Origin: Octopus sinensis
Lineage: Eukaryota
DNA: 26,470 nt
Direction: 5' to 3'
Assembly: GCF_006345805.1 (NCBI RefSeq)
Contig: NW_021834736.1
Location: 1-26,470 of the forward strand
How positions within the stretch are numbered: the stretch's first letter is position 1; every line of letters begins with the position of its first letter. A program made the position numbers and the translations under genes. The notes below the pieces were generated by a model. That model was not told the origin of the DNA and searched no databases. It saw nothing but the letters and a program-made list of their open reading frames with translations. This document shows, in pieces, positions 22,601 to 26,470 of the stretch.

Positions 22601-23805
22601 TGTTTTATTGTTTTATTCTTTTACTCGTTTTAGCCACAAGGTTGCAGCCTTGCTGGAGCACCACCGTGGTGTTTTTAATTTCCTCAGTCTGGGCCGTTTC
22701 GCATCACTACAGCTGTATGTGCCATTGTCCCAGCTGTTGGCCCATTTGATATATAATGGTGTTTGATTCTGCTGCCCTATTCTGCACCTCATGTCGGACT
22801 CTTTGCCCATCCAGTATTGTGGGAAGGAGGATGTCTAATTCCTTTTTGATGACATCTACTTCTACCTTATGCAGATTTCTTAATTTTCGTGACGGGGCAT
22901 TGAGGAACTGTGGACTTTGAACCCTCGCCTATTGCAGTACCTGATCCTGGGTTTAGATAGAATTGTTGGTGCATTTGGTACTATACAATGGCAGCCAGTT
23001 CTGGCATTTGTATAAAACTCAATGACGAAATTAGGTACTAGCCCTTCTTGAGTCTTCCACATGTAAATAATTGCATATCTCTCGCGCCTTTGCTTCAGGA
23101 AATATGGTTGCAGTTTCTCAGCCTGTACTTGTAGCTCATCTGCTGCACTATGTCAATCTCTTTAGTCTAGTGGCGTTGGACTGCCTTACGTTCAGCTTTT
23201 TTTTCTTTTTGGTGCTATGTGGTAACCATAACTGGAGCAATAATCCAAGTGGCTGAGAACAAAGGTTCTCCACAGGGTCAACCTACTTTCTAGGTCCCTT
23301 GTCTTAAAAAAACCTTACTATCCATCCGACCAGTTGTCTCCAATTTGTTGTCATGATGGCAATGTGCACATAAAATAATGCATCATTGCACACACTAATC
23401 CTCAAGTCTTTCACTGCCTGTGACTCTAGGATTGTAGTGACTTTGGATCATATGTATGCAACATGTAGTGCATTCGTGAGTTGATATTTCAGTGCTTGAA
23501 ATTTTCCAGCATTAAACTGCATGTTGTTTATATCGGTTCACTTGTATATCGAATTCAAAGTAAGCTCGCGACGTAAACTTGGTTTTTTATTGCATGTGGT
23601 CATCTTGTGTCATCCGCACAGCTAGTGACAGTGGCCGTCTCAGTGACTGTTGGCATGTCTAAGAGAGCTATCATGAAGGGTAATGGCCTCAGAACAGTTG
23701 TCTGAGGACACCGCTTGGGATGTGAGATTCCCCAGAAAGGGTACCATTCGCTGCACCTAACTGAATTCTGTCTTTAAGGAAGTAATGCAGTCACTCTCCC
23801 AGTTT
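22601..23805 (-). pseudogene. 5'-truncated, decayed CR1/L2-like LINE (RT motifs, C-terminus and 3' tail)
   Basis: Minus-strand translation KLGE*LHYFLKDR...SGV-PQTTVLRPLPFMIAL...TSCADDTR...NNMQFNAGKFQALKY...VKDLRI...LSHLDYCS...RRERYAIIYMWKTQEGLVPN; tail GTAAAAGAATAAAAC. Confidence 0.88.
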
Positions 23806-23889
23806 ATACACACACACACATAACACGCACATATAGCATTTTCTCTCGCCCTTCAGATTCCCATCATTTCCCATCACATATCACACTCG

Positions 23890-24127
23890 GCCCTGCTTCC
23901 ACATGTTCCATGTTGCTGAAGTACGGATTTCTTTGCCTGTCTTACCCCGCTCCTTCAGCGGTACCTTCAAAAGTGGTTTTCCACAAGGAGTTGTGATGGG
24001 ATGCGTAGCCGTACCAGGGGAGCTTCGTCTCTTTATCCTTGCAATGAGTGGTAATGTCTGCCAGCGTATTTGTTAGCTTGTTGCCTGATAAAACCGTTGC
24101 TTTGTGCCCTGTATACGGGTTGAACAC
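23890..24127 (-). pseudogene. Decayed RTE-like LINE C-terminal fragment
   Basis: KETKLPWYGYASHHNSLWKTTFEGTAEGAG*DRQR follows the RTE pattern KL.W.GHV.R..SL.KT.LQGTVEG.R.RGRQRK. Confidence 0.6.
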
Positions 24128-24166
24128 AGAGCAAAACGTACATAAGAATATGTATGTATATGTATA

Positions 24167-24569
24167 TTCTTTCGCTTTTACTCACTTACTTGTTTCAGTC
24201 ATTTCACTGCGGCTATGCTGGATCACCGCCTGTAGTCGAGCAAATCGACCCCAGGGTTTATTCTTTGTAAGCCTAGAACTTATTTCATCGGTGTCTTTTT
24301 GCTGAACTGCTAAGTTCAGGAGGACAAGCACAGACTGGGAAGACAAAAACAGACTCACAAACATATACACCCCCCCACACACACAAGCATATATATATAT
24401 ATATACACATATATACGACAGGCTTCTTTCAGTTTCCCTCTACCAAATCCACTCACAAGGCTTTGGCCGGCCAGAGACTATAGTAGAGGACACTTGCCCA
24501 AGGTGCCACGCAATGGGACTGAACCCGGAACCATGTGGTTGGTAAGCAAGCTACTTACCACGCAGCCAC
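24167..24569 (-). mobile_element. SINE type A, slightly 5'-truncated
   Basis: Reverse complement of type A, ending CTTACCACGCAGCCAC. Confidence 0.9.
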
Positions 24570-24603
24570 ACAAACACACATATCTATCTATCTGTATACA
24601 TAT

Positions 24604-24824
24604 TACTCTTTTACTCTTTTACTTGTTTCAGTCATTTGACTGCGGCCATGCTGGAGCACCGCCTTTAGTCGATCAAATCGACCCCGGGACTTATTCTTTG
24701 TAAGCCCAGTACTTATTCTATCGGTCCCTTTTGCCGAACCGCTAAGTGACAGGGACGTAAACACACCAGCATCGGTTGTCAAGCAATGCTAGGGGGACAA
24801 ACACAGACACACAAACAAACAAAC

Positions 24825-24857
<33 letters not shown>

Positions 24858-25016
24858 CATACATATATACAACAGGCTTCTTTCAGTTTCGTCTACCAAA
24901 TCCACTCACACGGCATTGGTCGGCCCGGGGCTATAGCAGAAGACACATGCCCAAGATGCCACGCAGTGGGACTGAACCCGGAACCATGGTAAGCAAGCTA
25001 CTTACCACGCAGCCAC
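24604..25016 (-). mobile_element. SINE type A, slightly 5'-truncated, in tandem with 24167-24569
   Basis: Reverse complement of type A with the same CTTACCACGCAGCCAC end. Confidence 0.92.
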
Positions 25017-25019
25017 ACA

Positions 25020-25102
25020 AAAACCACACATATTCTATCTATCTTATCTATCTGTCCATCTATCTATCTATACATATATATATATTATATATATATATAA
25101 TT

Positions 25103-25158
<56 letters not shown>

Positions 25159-25175
25159 TACGTAAACGTATACAC
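25020..25175. repeat. (TCTA)/(TA)n/(CA)n compound microsatellite
   Basis: Direct reading. Confidence 0.9.
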
Positions 25176-25571
25176 ACATGCGTTCAAAACAAAATAGCTT
25201 CATACACATCTACACGAAAAATATATCAATGCAAAAGTGCAAATCGACTCTCATTGATTGTTTCTTCTGTTTTCGCTATTGTCTTTTTGTCTGTTTTTTT
25301 CAATACTTACTTAATGTATTTCTTCTTTATTACTATCGTTTTTTTTTCTTCCTTCGCTTTGACCTTCTTCTTGGAGAATCTAGACAAACACCTGTCCCTC
25401 CCTATAACCCTCGCTCATGCCATCCTCCCCCAACACCTACACTGGTGTATGGATATTTTATACGTTGTTTTGTCAGCAATAAGCTCACTTTAGTAATGGA
25501 AGCAGGTGCATGGGGAAGGGCCAGAGGGAAAAAAAACGCAACACTGGTAACAGTGAGAGCGGCAGCAGCGT

Positions 25572-25572
25572 C

Positions 25573-25620
<48 letters not shown>

Positions 25621-25728
25621 GGTGGTGGTGTGGTGGTGGTGGTGGTGGTGGTGGTTGTGGTAGGAGTAGTAGTAGTGGTGGTGGTGGTGGTGGTGGTGGT
25701 GGTAGGAGTAGTAGTAGTAGTAGTAGTG

Positions 25729-25793
<65 letters not shown>

Positions 25794-25880
25794 GGTGGTG
25801 GTGGTGGTGGTGGTGGTGGTGGTGGTGGTGGTAGGAGTAGTAGTAGTGGTGGTGGTGGTGGTGGTGGTGGTGGTGGTACG

Positions 25881-25913
<33 letters not shown>

Positions 25914-25956
25914 GGTGGTAGTGGTGGTCGTGGTAGTAGTAGTAGTAGTAGTATTT

Positions 25957-26003
<47 letters not shown>
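25572..26003. repeat. Compound (TAG)n/(TGG)n trinucleotide array, ~430 bp
   Basis: Direct reading; it explains the poly-T/V/H/Y ORFs. Confidence 0.97.
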
Positions 26004-26264
26004 TACCCATTCACCAGCGTCTGTACCTATGACTGCAAGTGAGATCATGTGCTAAGAAAGGAAGTGACTAGTATACGTTACTACTTCAGACTATGTGCCC
26101 CCAACGAATGTTCTCTTGCATCGCCACCAGATCCCACAACACGACAACATCACCCCACACTGGTTCATGGACAGAGACACTACACTCTCGTATAACTGAG
26201 ATAATATATGTGTTCGTTTGTGCATAGGTGCATATGGACATATACATACATATACTCACACACA

Positions 26265-26470
26265 CACATGGCTACGCGAATTTCTTCCAAACAATTCAAT
26301 TTTCGACTCGTCTATCCATAGAACCTTTTCCCAGAATGTATCAGGTTTATCTTTATGTTCATAAACAAATTTTAATCGGGCATCTCTATACCTTTTAGTC
26401 AACAGTGGAGTTTTTCTAGGAGAGCGTGACTTCAGTTCATTCCTATGAAGTTCATAGTGCAAACACTAGT
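26265..26470 (-). mobile_element. Tc1-like transposase fragment (runs off the window end; truncated at a CA repeat)
   Basis: LHRNELKSRSPRKTPLLTKRYRDARLKFVYEHKDKPDTFWEKVLWIDESKIELFG matches the Tc1 region RK.PLL...H...RL.FA..H....W..VLW.DE.KIELFG, which includes the first catalytic Asp. Confidence 0.9.

Overview
AT-rich, microsatellite-dense, repeat-dominated eukaryotic DNA with no confidently identifiable host gene. The repeat families resemble those I recall from octopod cephalopods (inference). Contents: (1) about 18 copies or fragments of four tRNA-derived SINE types; (2) decayed fragments of three non-LTR retrotransposon clades, namely a CR1/L2-like RT, two RTE-like pieces and an R4/Dong-like 3' end inside (TAA)n; (3) a pogo/Tigger-like transposase pseudogene split by two SINEs, and a Tc1 transposase fragment at the window end; (4) a ~112-bp tandem satellite and many (TA)n, (GATA)n and trinucleotide arrays. 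Most notable: three unrelated minimal type I hammerhead-ribozyme-like motifs (5151-5201, 5925-5986, 20201-20246) of the kind found in Penelope-like elements. One forms the loop of a 263-bp fold-back and one is captured inside a SINE's (TA)n tract. Also notable: a shared LINE/SINE 3' tail that points to the partner LINE, and fold-back self-copying inside (TA)n. Nearly all ORF-track entries are simple-repeat or TE artefacts. Everything was read by eye, so coordinates may be off by a few bases.
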